Source: a bacterium
GTDB taxonomy: Bacteria; SZUA-182; DTGQ01; JAFGSM01
NCBI GenBank assembly: GCA_049472315.1
Contig: JBLIRN010000078.1
Location: 1-12,572 of the forward strand
Direction of reading: 5' to 3'
Length of the DNA: 12,572 nt
The position numbers and the translations under genes were made by a program. Below are positions 1 to 8,398 of this stretch, in pieces (position 1 is the first letter of the stretch; the number at the start of each line of letters is the position of its first letter). The notes under the pieces are model-generated. The model was given only the letters and a program-made list of their open reading frames with translations, searched no databases and was not told the origin of the DNA.

Positions 1-1178
1 ACGTCCGCCATCCCCTTCAGGTACCCGAACATGCCGTTCAGGGCATCGCCCAGGTCGCGGGTCTCGTCCTTGGAGGTGATTTCCACCTGTCTGGAGAGGT
101 CGCCGCGGGCAACCTGCTTGGCGAACTCCACGCACTGGACGATGGGCCCGGTGATCCCCTTGGTGATGAAGATGCCGATAAAGACGCCGGTCACGAGTGC
201 CAGAATGGTCACCATGATCAGCAGGCTCCGCGATGATGCCTCGGCTCGATCTGCGTTCTCCATTGCATGTTGCATATCCCTTCCCGCGTTCTCCTCAACA
301 GCGGCCATGGCATCGTTGACCTTCTTCCCGAGGTCGTCAATGGCTGCCATGTGTTCGCGGGTGTGCCCTTCATTGTAAATGGCGTTGTCCTTGAGGTCGA
401 ACATCTTTCCCCTGCCGACGGCAATGGTTTTAAAGTCCTCATATTTCTGGACGATATCCCTGGGCAGATAGGGCTTCAGCAGATCGAATTCCTGGGCCGT
501 CTGCATGAATTCATCACGGAGTTCCTTTTTGGAGGCGTTCTCGAGGGCAACATACTCCTCGACGATTGCCTTCATCTTCTGCATGAGGGCCTTGGCCTCC
601 ATGGAGGCGTCTATTTTTTTGTCCAGCGTTATGCCTTGCTCGCTCGTTATGGATTCCTCGTAGCCCGCCAAGAGCCTCTCCAACTGCTCTGCGTCGTTGT
701 CAAATATCTCCATGAGCTCGGTTGCCTCTGCCTCCGCCTTGAGATGGTCCCTGAAGTGCTCCATGAGCTCAAGGGCATTGCTATGGAATTCCTCGTGGAT
801 TTTCTGGACATTTTGGACCGACCGGGCGATCTCCGATCCTGCATCCACCGCGCGCACACCGATGGCGCTGTCCCCGTTGACAATGGCGTTGAGATGCCGG
901 TCGAATTGGGTGTTGAATTCGTGGAACTCCCCCTCAAGGACCTTCAAGTCCTGCTCTTCCTCGCTCAGGAGGAATTCGGAAAGGGCGTCCCTGGCCGAGA
1001 TGATGTCGATTGTGCTCTCCATGGACATATCCGCAACGGGTACCTTGTCGTTCAGGATGACGTCGCCGGCCTTTCCCACCACACCGATATTGTAAATCCC
1101 CAACAAACCTGCTACACCGACGAGAAGAGAAACAAACAAAAAACCTCCGATCAGTTTTGCTCCGATGTTCAATCGCAT
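1..1178 (-). CDS. Methyl-accepting chemotaxis protein (TM1, large helical periplasmic sensor, TM2, HAMP), 3' part outside the window
   Basis: Not in the ORF track because it has no stop in the window. Manual translation from ATG at 1178 (GGAGGATTGAGGA upstream) is open to base 1: MRLNIGAKLIGGFLFVSLLVGVAGLLGIYNI (TM1) ... LLIMVTILALVTGVFIGIFIT (TM2), then KGITGPIVQCVEFAKQVARGDLSRQVEITSKDETRDLGDALNGM (HAMP). It lies directly downstream of cheW. The signalling domain is not visible, so a HAMP sensor kinase is not strictly excluded. Confidence 0.88.
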   Translation of the reverse strand, partial: MRLNIGAKLIGGFLFVSLLVGVAGLLGIYNIGVVGKAGDVILNDKVPVADMSMESTIDIISARDALSEFLLSEEEQDLKVLEGEFHEFNTQFDRHLNAIVNGDSAIGVRAVDAGSEIARSVQNVQKIHEEFHSNALELMEHFRDHLKAEAEATELMEIFDNDAEQLERLLAGYEESITSEQGITLDKKIDASMEAKALMQKMKAIVEEYVALENASKKELRDEFMQTAQEFDLLKPYLPRDIVQKYEDFKTIAVGRGKMFDLKDNAIYNEGHTREHMAAIDDLGKKVNDAMAAVEENAGRDMQHAMENADRAEASSRSLLIMVTILALVTGVFIGIFITKGITGPIVQCVEFAKQVARGDLSRQVEITSKDETRDLGDALNGMFGYLKGMAD

Positions 1179-1308
1179 TCCTCAATCCTCCATGATTATC
1201 GATGTTTTCGCTTCACCTTCCCACATAAACGAGAAGACCTATGCGTGCAGTGAATCCCGATTCAACAAGGACGCCAGTGCGGCTACCTCCCTCCTGCACT
1301 GAGGACCA

Positions 1309-2046
1309 TCAGGCAGCCACCTCCTTTCCTATGATCTGGTCGAGATCGAGCAGGATGATCATCCGCTCGTCAAGTTTTCCCACCCCTTTGAGGTAGTTTT
1401 CATTCACCTGGACCACCTCCTCTGGGGCCTTGTCGATCTGCTCGGCAGCGATGTTCATGACCTGTGAGACCCGGTCCACCATCAGCCCGAGCACCCTGTT
1501 CCCTTGTTCCACGACCACAATCCTGCTGTCTATGTCGATGGCCGCCTCCCCGAGCTGAAGACGCTTCTTGAGCTCGAGCACCGGGACGATTCGTCCCCGA
1601 AGGTTCATCACACCCTTGATGTGATGAGGTGCGTTGGGAACCCGGGTGATCTCTCCCACCCGCTTGATCTCCCTGACCTCTGAGACGGGGAGGGCATATT
1701 CCTCATTGTCCAGAAAGAAGGTGACGAACTTTATCAATCCTTCCCTCCTGATGGTGCTGTAGCTCCCAGCATTTGTCTGCTCCCGCCTCTCCGCTTCCCT
1801 CATTTCAGCAAAGAAGTCAGGTCTCAGGATATCCTCTGCAAGCCCGCATGAGGGGAGGGGTGAGGATTGCTCTGGCGCATTCTTCCCCCCCTTTTTTTGT
1901 GCTTTGTTTTTTCCTGTGCCGGGCTCCTCAGACGCCTTGGTCTCAGTGGAGGGATCAGGCCTCAGGATATCCTCTGCAAGCCCGCATGAGGGCTGGGGTG
2001 AGGATTGCTCCTGTGTTCCCCGGTTTTTTCTTCCCTTTTCTCCCAT
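1309..2046 (-). CDS. cheW: Chemotaxis coupling protein CheW with a ~100 aa N-terminal extension
   Basis: C-terminal ~145 aa has CheW motifs FVTFFLDNEEYALPVSEVREI, ITRVPNAPHHIKGVMNLRGRIVPVLEL, GLMVDRVSQV, YLKGVGKLDERMIILLDLD. RBS AAGGAGGAAGCG precedes the ATG at 2046. Confidence 0.96.
   Translation of the reverse strand: MGEKGRKNRGTQEQSSPQPSCGLAEDILRPDPSTETKASEEPGTGKNKAQKKGGKNAPEQSSPLPSCGLAEDILRPDFFAEMREAERREQTNAGSYSTIRREGLIKFVTFFLDNEEYALPVSEVREIKRVGEITRVPNAPHHIKGVMNLRGRIVPVLELKKRLQLGEAAIDIDSRIVVVEQGNRVLGLMVDRVSQVMNIAAEQIDKAPEEVVQVNENYLKGVGKLDERMIILLDLDQIIGKEVAA
1817..2010. repeat. 56-bp direct repeat (1817-1872 and 1955-2010, period 138 bp) inside cheW
   Basis: TCAGG(T/C)CTCAGGATATCCTCTGCAAGCCCGCATGAGGG(GA/CT)GGGGTGAGGATTGCTC, 3 mismatches in 56. 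It encodes EQSSP[Q/L]PSCGLAEDILRPD twice. Confidence 0.97.
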
Positions 2047-2059
2047 CGCTTCCTCCTTG

Positions 2060-2434
2060 TCAGTTCCAGTTCTTTATCCGGTTGACGATATTTCGCACCT
2101 CGTCCTGTTTCCAGGGTTTTTTCACGTATGCCTTCGCCCCAAGATCGAGGGCCCTCCGGATATCATCGTCCTTGTCCTCGGTGCTGATGACGATTACCGG
2201 AATGTGACTGTAGCCTTCCTTGGTCATGGTCTGCAGAAAGGAGATACCATCCATCTTGGGCATATTGATATCCGAGATGATCAGATCGATATCCCCTTGC
2301 AGGGCGAGCTGATTCATGGCTTCGAGGCCGTTTTCGGCAAAGAGAAGCTCACATCCCTGGTATGAGCTGAACACCATCCGGTACATCTTTGCCTGAAGGG
2401 CCGAATCCTCCACAATCAATACCTTTTTAAGCAT
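2060..2434 (-). CDS. cheY: CheY-like single-domain response regulator (124 aa)
   Basis: KVLIVEDS, LIISDINMPKMDG (phospho-acceptor Asp), IPVIVIST, AYVKKPW. The start is more likely ATG 2434 (GGAGGTACAAC RBS, 8-bp overlap with the end of cheA) than the track's 2482. Confidence 0.92.
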   Translation of the reverse strand: MLKKVLIVEDSALQAKMYRMVFSSYQGCELLFAENGLEAMNQLALQGDIDLIISDINMPKMDGISFLQTMTKEGYSHIPVIVISTEDKDDDIRRALDLGAKAYVKKPWKQDEVRNIVNRIKNWN

Positions 2435-4109
2435 GTTGTACCTCCAATGGTTCTTCCTGTTCGCGGAATTCCCTGACTTCATCCATCAATTCAAGGACAT
2501 CCAAGATGAGGACCACCCTTCCGTCTCCCAGGATGGTGGCCCCTGCAATCCCTTTCGAGCCGCTGATGTAGTCGTCCAGGGCCTTGATCACGATCTCCTG
2601 TTGCCCGAGGAGGGCATCCACCACAATACCCATTTCCCGGGTGCCGCTCTGAACGATCACTACATAGTTCCCCTTTTTGGTTACAGTTCGAGGAAGCCCG
2701 AACAGATCGGACACCCTGATGAGTGGAAGGATGCGGTCCCGGACCCGGGTTACCTCCCGGTTATTGACGAGATGGATTTGTTCATCGCCGATGCGAATAC
2801 TCTCCACCACCGAGGTGAGCGGGATGGCGTATTGCTCTCCGGAGACGCCCACCATGAGTGCGGTGATAATGGCCAATGTAAGGGGGAGCTTGATGGTGAA
2901 TCGGGTCCCCATGTTGATAATGCTTTCCACCTCGATGGAGCCGTTGATTTTTGCCAGGCTTTTTTTGACCGCATCCATACCCACACCACGGCCTGAGACC
3001 TCGGTAACACGTTCTGCGGTGGAGAAACCCGAGATGAAGATGAGGTTCATGAGGTCCTGTGAGGAGGTTTCGTTCTTTTTGAGGAGCCCGTTTTGTTGGG
3101 CCTTTGTGCGCAATTTTTCCTCGTCAATGCCCCTGCCGTCGTCCTCAACGGTGATGATGATGTGGCTCGATTCCTGGTAAGCCCTGAGCTTTATCAATCC
3201 TGCCATGGGCTTCCCCAGGGCCTTCCGCTCCGCGGGTCTTTCAATACCATGGTCGATGGCGTTGCGGATCAGGTGCATGAGGGGCTCGCCGATCTCATCG
3301 ATCACGGTTTTGTCGAGCTCCGTCTCCTCACCCTCGAACTGGAGGTTGATCTCCTTTTCCCTCTCACGGGCGAAGTCCCTCACGTAGCGGGGAAACCGCA
3401 TGAACACCTGCTTTATGGGGAGCATCCGGACCTTCATGATGGCCTCATGGAGCTCGGTGGTGACCTTGCCGATCTGCTCCGCGGTGTTGGAAAGGTCCAT
3501 CACCACCCCCCGTTCCCCGAATGCCTCCTTGAACTGGACATCGATCTGCCCGAGACGGGTTCGTTGAATGACCATCTCTCCCATCAGGTTCAGCAGGTGA
3601 TCCATGCGCTCGAAGTCGACCTTGAGCAGGTTGGTTTTCTGGGCAAAGGGATTGTAGTGCTCCTTGGCTGAGGAGACATTGATGACCGTGTTTTCGGTTT
3701 CCCTCTCCCGGCTTTGAGCAAGAAATGCCTCCAGTGCCTCTATTTCTTTGGCAAGGAAGGGCTCGATGCTGGTATCTTTGGATACTTGATCAATAGCGGT
3801 GCGGATGATGGTCGTGCACTGCATGACAAACTCGACGAGTTCGGCATCACACTCGGCATCATTTGCCTGGAGCGCCTTGAAGAGGTCCTCCATCCGGTGG
3901 GCATAGGTCTGGAGGTGGGAATACCCCATCATCCCGGAATTGCCCTTAAAGGTGTGAAGCTGCCGCAGGATCTCGCTCAACAGATTCGGGTCCGAAGTCC
4001 CACCCACGCCCTGCTCCAGTTCGAGGAGCAGGCCTTCAAACCCGTCGAGGAACTCACAGGATTCGTCGATAAAATCCTTGATCAATTCCCTTTTGTCATT
4101 GAAGTCCAC
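2427..4109 (-). CDS. cheA: Chemotaxis histidine kinase CheA (P1-P3-P4-P5, no P2)
   Basis: HPt motif LHTFKGNSGMMG, dimerisation KVDFERMDHLLNLMGEMVI, HATPase HLIRNAIDHGIE / VEDDGRGID / GFSTAERVTEVSGRGVGMD, CheW-like P5 ending GATILGDGRVVLILDV. GTG start with AAGGGGGG upstream. Confidence 0.97.
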   Translation of the reverse strand: MDFNDKRELIKDFIDESCEFLDGFEGLLLELEQGVGGTSDPNLLSEILRQLHTFKGNSGMMGYSHLQTYAHRMEDLFKALQANDAECDAELVEFVMQCTTIIRTAIDQVSKDTSIEPFLAKEIEALEAFLAQSRERETENTVINVSSAKEHYNPFAQKTNLLKVDFERMDHLLNLMGEMVIQRTRLGQIDVQFKEAFGERGVVMDLSNTAEQIGKVTTELHEAIMKVRMLPIKQVFMRFPRYVRDFAREREKEINLQFEGEETELDKTVIDEIGEPLMHLIRNAIDHGIERPAERKALGKPMAGLIKLRAYQESSHIIITVEDDGRGIDEEKLRTKAQQNGLLKKNETSSQDLMNLIFISGFSTAERVTEVSGRGVGMDAVKKSLAKINGSIEVESIINMGTRFTIKLPLTLAIITALMVGVSGEQYAIPLTSVVESIRIGDEQIHLVNNREVTRVRDRILPLIRVSDLFGLPRTVTKKGNYVVIVQSGTREMGIVVDALLGQQEIVIKALDDYISGSKGIAGATILGDGRVVLILDVLELMDEVREFREQEEPLEVQHA

Positions 4110-4268
4110 AATAACCCCCCTTGTGCTATGACCTTTGCAGCCGCATTCTACACGAAGCCTCTACGTCAATCCTGAAACCATATTGCTGTAAGTGCCTTCA
4201 AATGGTGTTAAAAAATGTTCATGAGCCATTGATGGAACCCATGATACACAGGCATTTTGATAGGCACG

Positions 4269-4316
4269 TATAATAAAAATATTTTTTATTATTATATTTT
4301 TAATAATAAAATTATT
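4269..4316. promoter_or_regulatory. Pure-AT tract with two overlapping inverted repeats in the divergent cheA / nitroreductase promoter region
   Basis: ATAATAAAAA-tat-TTTTTATTAT (4270-4292) and TTTTATTATTA-tatttt-TAATAATAAAA (4284-4311). A regulatory role is inferred from position only. Confidence 0.4.
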
Positions 4317-4686
4317 GTCCTTCTGTATGCTTCTTATTCGGCAATTGCTATCCGTTTATTCGATGGTAGATGAAAACAGGTGACACATTGATTTTTTTGC
4401 TGCGGTTTTTTGTTCGGTAGCGAATAAAGGATATCGGAGTGCAGGTAATGGATGGATGCGCATGAGGGAGGGAATCCGATTGGGTGCTCTCAGCACAGAA
4501 TGCACGGGGTATTGTGCGTGGCAGAGGCTGTCATTGTAAGGTGTTCGGATGCGTTTTTCTTAGGCATTATTCCGGGGTATTCTTTGGGGTATGATTTCAA
4601 TTTTGTTTCATGTATATTAGAAGGAACAGTCACTAATCATGGCTGAGGAGAGATGGATATTGTTGAAATTGTAAGGGGAGGGGGGC

Positions 4687-5223
4687 ATGGACGAAAAAGG
4701 GGCCGGGGTGCTCGAGGTAATCCTTGACCGGAGGAGCATCAGGGGATTCGAATCACGCCCCCTTACGCGGGAGGCCCTTGCCTCGATCCTGGAGGCGGGC
4801 CGCTGGGCGCCTTCCGGTTTGAACAATCAGCCCTGGAGGTTTGCGGTGGTCGAGGAGGAACATACCCTCCTCAAGCTCGCATCAATGACCAAGTATTCCT
4901 CCATCATCCTGCAGGCGCCCACCGCCATCGCGGTGTTCCTCGACCAGGAGGCGAGCTATTCACGGGAAAAGGACATCCTTGCCGTTGGCGCATGCATAGA
5001 GAACATGCTTCTTCAAATCCAGGGAATCGGACTGGGGGCGTGCTGGATGGGCGAGATCCTCAACAGGGCGCGGGAGGTGAAGGAGCTTCTCGATGTGCCA
5101 AAATCATACGAATTGATGGCGGTTTTGGCTGTCGGGCACCCGAAGGAGGGTGACCGGGGGGGAGGGAACAGGGACCGGAAGGACTTGAGGGATCTGGTGT
5201 TCGGCCCCTGGCCGTTTGATTGA
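4687..5223 (+). CDS. Nitroreductase family flavoprotein
   Basis: ILDRRSIRGF, ILEAGRWAPSGLNNQPWRFAVV, CIENMLLQIQGIGLGACWMG, AVLAVGHP are typical FMN-dependent nitroreductase motifs. G-rich RBS upstream. Confidence 0.95.
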   Translation: MDEKGAGVLEVILDRRSIRGFESRPLTREALASILEAGRWAPSGLNNQPWRFAVVEEEHTLLKLASMTKYSSIILQAPTAIAVFLDQEASYSREKDILAVGACIENMLLQIQGIGLGACWMGEILNRAREVKELLDVPKSYELMAVLAVGHPKEGDRGGGNRDRKDLRDLVFGPWPFD

Positions 5224-5263
5224 GGGGGCATTCCGGGTGGAGGAATGATTTCGGGATGATGGA

Positions 5264-6652
5264 ATGGATGTGATGAAAAGGGGGCTCGTGTTTTATACCG
5301 GCATGGCGTGCATAGGGGCGTGGTGTCTACTCCTTGCGTACGGCTGCTCGACCAGTGTATGGGTTCACTACCCCATGCGCGTATCACGCGCCAGGATGTA
5401 CCTCGTCGAGGGTCGGGATCAATTGGCGGTAAAGGAACTCGATGCCCGGGTCCGGTCAGGTCAGGATCAACTGCTGCATTCCATGGAAACGGGCATGGTG
5501 TATTACCTGGAAGGGGACTATGGGAAGTGCATTCCGGAATGGCTCGATGCGGAGAAGATGATGGAGCGGTTCGACTACCGTCCGGTGGTCAGTATCAGGG
5601 AGGTCAGTGAGCAGATCGGCACCCTTGCGGTGAACGATTATCTCATCACCTACCAGGGTATGACTTACGAGCGGGTCCTCGTGCACCTCTACCTGGCCCT
5701 TGCCTACCTCATGAAGAATGATCAGGAAGGGGCGCGGATCGAGCTCAAGAAGGCCGAGCAGGTGCAAAAGAAGGCATTTGACAAGTGGCAGGAGAAGAGG
5801 GCTGCCCAGCTCAGGGATGCCCCCGAGGCGAAAGCGGCCGAGGATAAGGTGCTGGAGGTCTATAAAACGCGGTACGGAATGCCCGAGCACTACTCCTCCT
5901 TCAGCCTGAATCCCCTTGCCTACTATCTATCCGGTTGGCTGTATGAGAAGGAGGGGTATCCTGACGAGGCCCTCATCGATTACCGGCGGCTCCGTGACCT
6001 GGGGGTGCGGCAGGAATACCTCGGCCCCCTGGTGTCGCAGCTCGAAAAACGGATGCATTCCTCATGGGGATCGGGGGAAGGGCAGGCGGGGAAGGAGGCC
6101 GGGGACCTTTTCGTTATCCATCAGCAGGGGCTTATTCCCGAACTGGAGGAGCTGAGGGTACCGGTTGAGATCAAGGGGCAGCTCGTTATCATGGCGATTC
6201 CCGTCTATGCCCAGGGTGCACCTTCGCCCATGCATCTAACGGTCACCGTCGGCCAGGAGCGGTGTGAAACCCAGGAGCTGGTGGATGTCTATTCCCTGGC
6301 CCTCGAATCCCTCAGGGAGCGTATCCCCGGCATGGTTACCCGGCAGGTGGCAAGGATGCTGGTGAAGGCCACCGCATCCCGTGAGGCATCGCGAAAGGGT
6401 GGAACCCTTGCCTCCATGGTGACAACTATATATAATGTGGTGAGTGAACGGGCAGACCTCCGTTCCTGGCTGACCATTCCGCTATCCATCCAGGTAGGCA
6501 GATTGAGGTTGCCGCCGGGAAGGCATGTGGTTCATCTGGATCTCGTCGAAGGCGCGGGGAGCATGCAGGTCGAGGTTGATATACAACCGGGGGAATACCA
6601 TATCCTGGATGTCCGTACCATTGGATCGAGGATGGTGGCCCATCTCTCATAG
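5264..6652 (+). CDS. COG3014-family TPR-like lipoprotein
   Basis: Lipobox LAYG-C. Helical TPR-like N-half with YQGMTYERVLVHLYLALAYL and YYLSGWLYE..DEALIDYRR. C-terminal SERADLRSWLTIPLSIQVGRLRLPPG motif. Located upstream of ycfL and lpoB, as is known for this family. Alternative start at 5273 (MKRG). Confidence 0.8.
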   Translation: MDVMKRGLVFYTGMACIGAWCLLLAYGCSTSVWVHYPMRVSRARMYLVEGRDQLAVKELDARVRSGQDQLLHSMETGMVYYLEGDYGKCIPEWLDAEKMMERFDYRPVVSIREVSEQIGTLAVNDYLITYQGMTYERVLVHLYLALAYLMKNDQEGARIELKKAEQVQKKAFDKWQEKRAAQLRDAPEAKAAEDKVLEVYKTRYGMPEHYSSFSLNPLAYYLSGWLYEKEGYPDEALIDYRRLRDLGVRQEYLGPLVSQLEKRMHSSWGSGEGQAGKEAGDLFVIHQQGLIPELEELRVPVEIKGQLVIMAIPVYAQGAPSPMHLTVTVGQERCETQELVDVYSLALESLRERIPGMVTRQVARMLVKATASREASRKGGTLASMVTTIYNVVSERADLRSWLTIPLSIQVGRLRLPPGRHVVHLDLVEGAGSMQVEVDIQPGEYHILDVRTIGSRMVAHLS

Positions 6653-6690
6653 ATGGCGAAGACATTTGCAAACATAAGGGGGATGCAGCG

Positions 6691-7119
6691 ATGAAGAAAC
6701 GTTTTTTCCTGCCGGCTGTTTTGTTGGCCTTCCTGTGCGCCTGCTCTGCAACCACGAGCAACGTGGGGATCGGGGAGCTCGCCTATACACCGGAGGGGAA
6801 CTATTCCTTCAGTCAATACGTGCTTATCAACAACCAGGAGCTTGCGCGGAATCTGCAGATTGTGGATATCACCGGCCGGAGATTGAATGACCTGTTTCAG
6901 GCGCAGGTGCAGGTCATGAACAAGAATGACCGGAATTACAACTTCGAGTACCGATTCCAATGGTTCGACAACAACGGTTTCGAGATCGGGTCCGTTAAGG
7001 AGCATTGGACCCCGGTCCTGGTCTATGGTCAGGAGGTGAAGACCATTGTCGCCACCGCTCCGAATCCGGAGGCGGTCAAGTTCAGGGTAAATCTACGGGA
7101 GGCACATCCCATTCGATGA
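6691..7119 (+). CDS. ycfL: YcfL (DUF1425) family lipoprotein
   Basis: Lipobox LCA-C, motif FEYRFQWFDNNGFEI ... W.P ... ATAPNPEAVKFRV, adjacent to lpoB. Confidence 0.88.
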   Translation: MKKRFFLPAVLLAFLCACSATTSNVGIGELAYTPEGNYSFSQYVLINNQELARNLQIVDITGRRLNDLFQAQVQVMNKNDRNYNFEYRFQWFDNNGFEIGSVKEHWTPVLVYGQEVKTIVATAPNPEAVKFRVNLREAHPIR

Positions 7120-7129
7120 GAGGGGGACG

Positions 7130-7720
7130 ATGATGAACATGAGAATGGCCGTGCCTGCGCTCTTCGCAGCACTTTTTTTGGTGGCAGGCTGTGGGGGGAT
7201 GCGGGTGAACTACGGGGACCCGGAGGCTGTGGAGACCGTGACCGCTGATTATGGCTCAACCGACCTTCAGGCGATAGCGGAAAAGATGATTGAATCCCTC
7301 CTCGTGCATCCGGTGCTCGAGGGGCGGCCGGTGGTATACGTGAGCAGGATCCGGAACAAGACCTCCGAGCACATCGATACCGAGGCGATCACCGACAAGA
7401 TCAAGACGGCGATGCTCAAGTCGGGTAAGGTACGGTTCACCGCCATCAGCGAGGTGAACGAGGAGATGATCGATCAGCTCCGGTATCAATCGGAGTCCGG
7501 GATGGTGGACCCCAAGACCCGCACTGCAATCGGGAAGCAGGTGGGGGCCGACCTGATGCTCTACGGGGACATCATCTCCATCGTCAAGACTGCGAATCGA
7601 AAGAAGGATGTCTACTATAAGATAAACCTCGAGCTTGCAGACCTCACGACCGGATTGATCGAGTGGTCCGAGGAAAAGGAGATCCGCAAGCAGGCGAAGA
7701 AGGCGGTTTTCGGCTGGTAA
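7130..7720 (+). CDS. lpoB: LpoB (YcfM) family outer-membrane lipoprotein
   Basis: Lipobox VAG-C, DYGSTDLQAIAEKMIESLL, IRNKTSEHIDT, AIGKQVGADLMLYGDISSI-like segment, VYYKINLELADLTTGLIEWSEEKEIRK. Follows ycfL. Confidence 0.88.
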   Translation: MMNMRMAVPALFAALFLVAGCGGMRVNYGDPEAVETVTADYGSTDLQAIAEKMIESLLVHPVLEGRPVVYVSRIRNKTSEHIDTEAITDKIKTAMLKSGKVRFTAISEVNEEMIDQLRYQSESGMVDPKTRTAIGKQVGADLMLYGDIISIVKTANRKKDVYYKINLELADLTTGLIEWSEEKEIRKQAKKAVFGW

Positions 7721-7741
7721 CAGACAGAAAGGATACGCAGA

Positions 7742-8398
7742 ATGCAACACAAATACCGTACGCTGTTGGTTTCCATCGGGGTCTCATTGCTCCTGCTCCT
7801 CGTCTCTGCACCGAGGATCCGTGCCCAGGGGTATCCCCCGGGATTCGACATGAGGCTGGAGTGGGAGTTTTACGAGGAGCAGTCCAAGGACGGCCAGGAA
7901 CTGGATGTGTCCCAGGGAGGGGCCCGCATCGGCTATTCCCTTCCCCAGACCTTTGACATCTTCGTGGGGCTGAGCTGGCAGGATATGGATGTCCGGCTTA
8001 ATCGGGCGGATATAAACGTCGATCCCGCCCTTGCCTTCCGGATAGGAGGGAAGGCGTATGCAGTGCGCGCCATTCCCATGGGGGTGCCCGCGGACTTCAC
8101 GCTCTCCTTCTCGTACAGCACGGCAAAACATGAAATAGAGGATACCGACCAGGATATCACCCATCGGCGGATCATCGCCACAGGTGGGCTGGAGTGGCGG
8201 TATGTGCGCAGCGTTCCCTACCTGAACTTCGGCATGCTCTATTCCGAACTTGAGGCACCCGGGCAGGATTACGACCAGACCTCCATGCTGATCGCAGCCG
8301 GGGTGTATGCCCCGATCCTGGAGAACATGCACCTGCGGATGGAGATCAACATGGTCCAGGAAGTCGGGTATGCACTGGGGATCGTGTATCGGTTCTGA
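7742..8398 (+). CDS. Putative small outer-membrane beta-barrel protein
   Basis: Cleavable signal peptide (..PRIRA-Q), amphipathic strands with alternating hydrophobic and aromatic residues, and a C-terminal BAM-type signal GYALGIVYRF ending in Phe. Confidence 0.75.
   Translation: MQHKYRTLLVSIGVSLLLLLVSAPRIRAQGYPPGFDMRLEWEFYEEQSKDGQELDVSQGGARIGYSLPQTFDIFVGLSWQDMDVRLNRADINVDPALAFRIGGKAYAVRAIPMGVPADFTLSFSYSTAKHEIEDTDQDITHRRIIATGGLEWRYVRSVPYLNFGMLYSELEAPGQDYDQTSMLIAAGVYAPILENMHLRMEINMVQEVGYALGIVYRF

Noticed and set aside
31..1253. Plus-strand ORFs 31-378, 267-1253, 697-1095 and short minus ORFs 218-442, 647-937, 934-1185
   Set aside because: Antisense or off-frame shadows of the minus-strand MCP gene, with no recognisable motifs.
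1179..1308. cheW-mcp spacer with a CAGTGC/GCACTG inverted pair and a Met-Glu-Asp-stop mini-ORF, considered as a riboswitch or leader peptide
   Set aside because: No c-di-GMP riboswitch consensus is recognisable, and the mini-ORF coincides with the GGAGGA RBS region.
1817..2010. Near-identical repeat pair considered as a DGR TR/VR pair or a CRISPR
   Set aside because: Only two in-frame copies, mismatches not adenine-specific, and no reverse transcriptase or cas gene in the window.
2435..2482. 16-aa N-terminal extension of CheY in the ORF track
   Set aside because: It overlaps cheA, and the ATG at 2434 has a clear GGAGG RBS and gives a normal-length receiver domain.
1773..4175. Plus-strand ORFs overlapping cheW/cheY/cheA, and minus ORF 2750-3010
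   Set aside because: Shadows of well-supported che genes in GC-rich DNA.
4452..4826. ORFs 4452-4646 (+) and 4617-4826 (-)
   Set aside because: Short and motif-free, lying in the promoter region or antisense to the nitroreductase.
5013..8332. Alternative-frame and antisense ORFs across the lipoprotein operon
   Set aside because: They overlap genes with clear family motifs and have no independent support.
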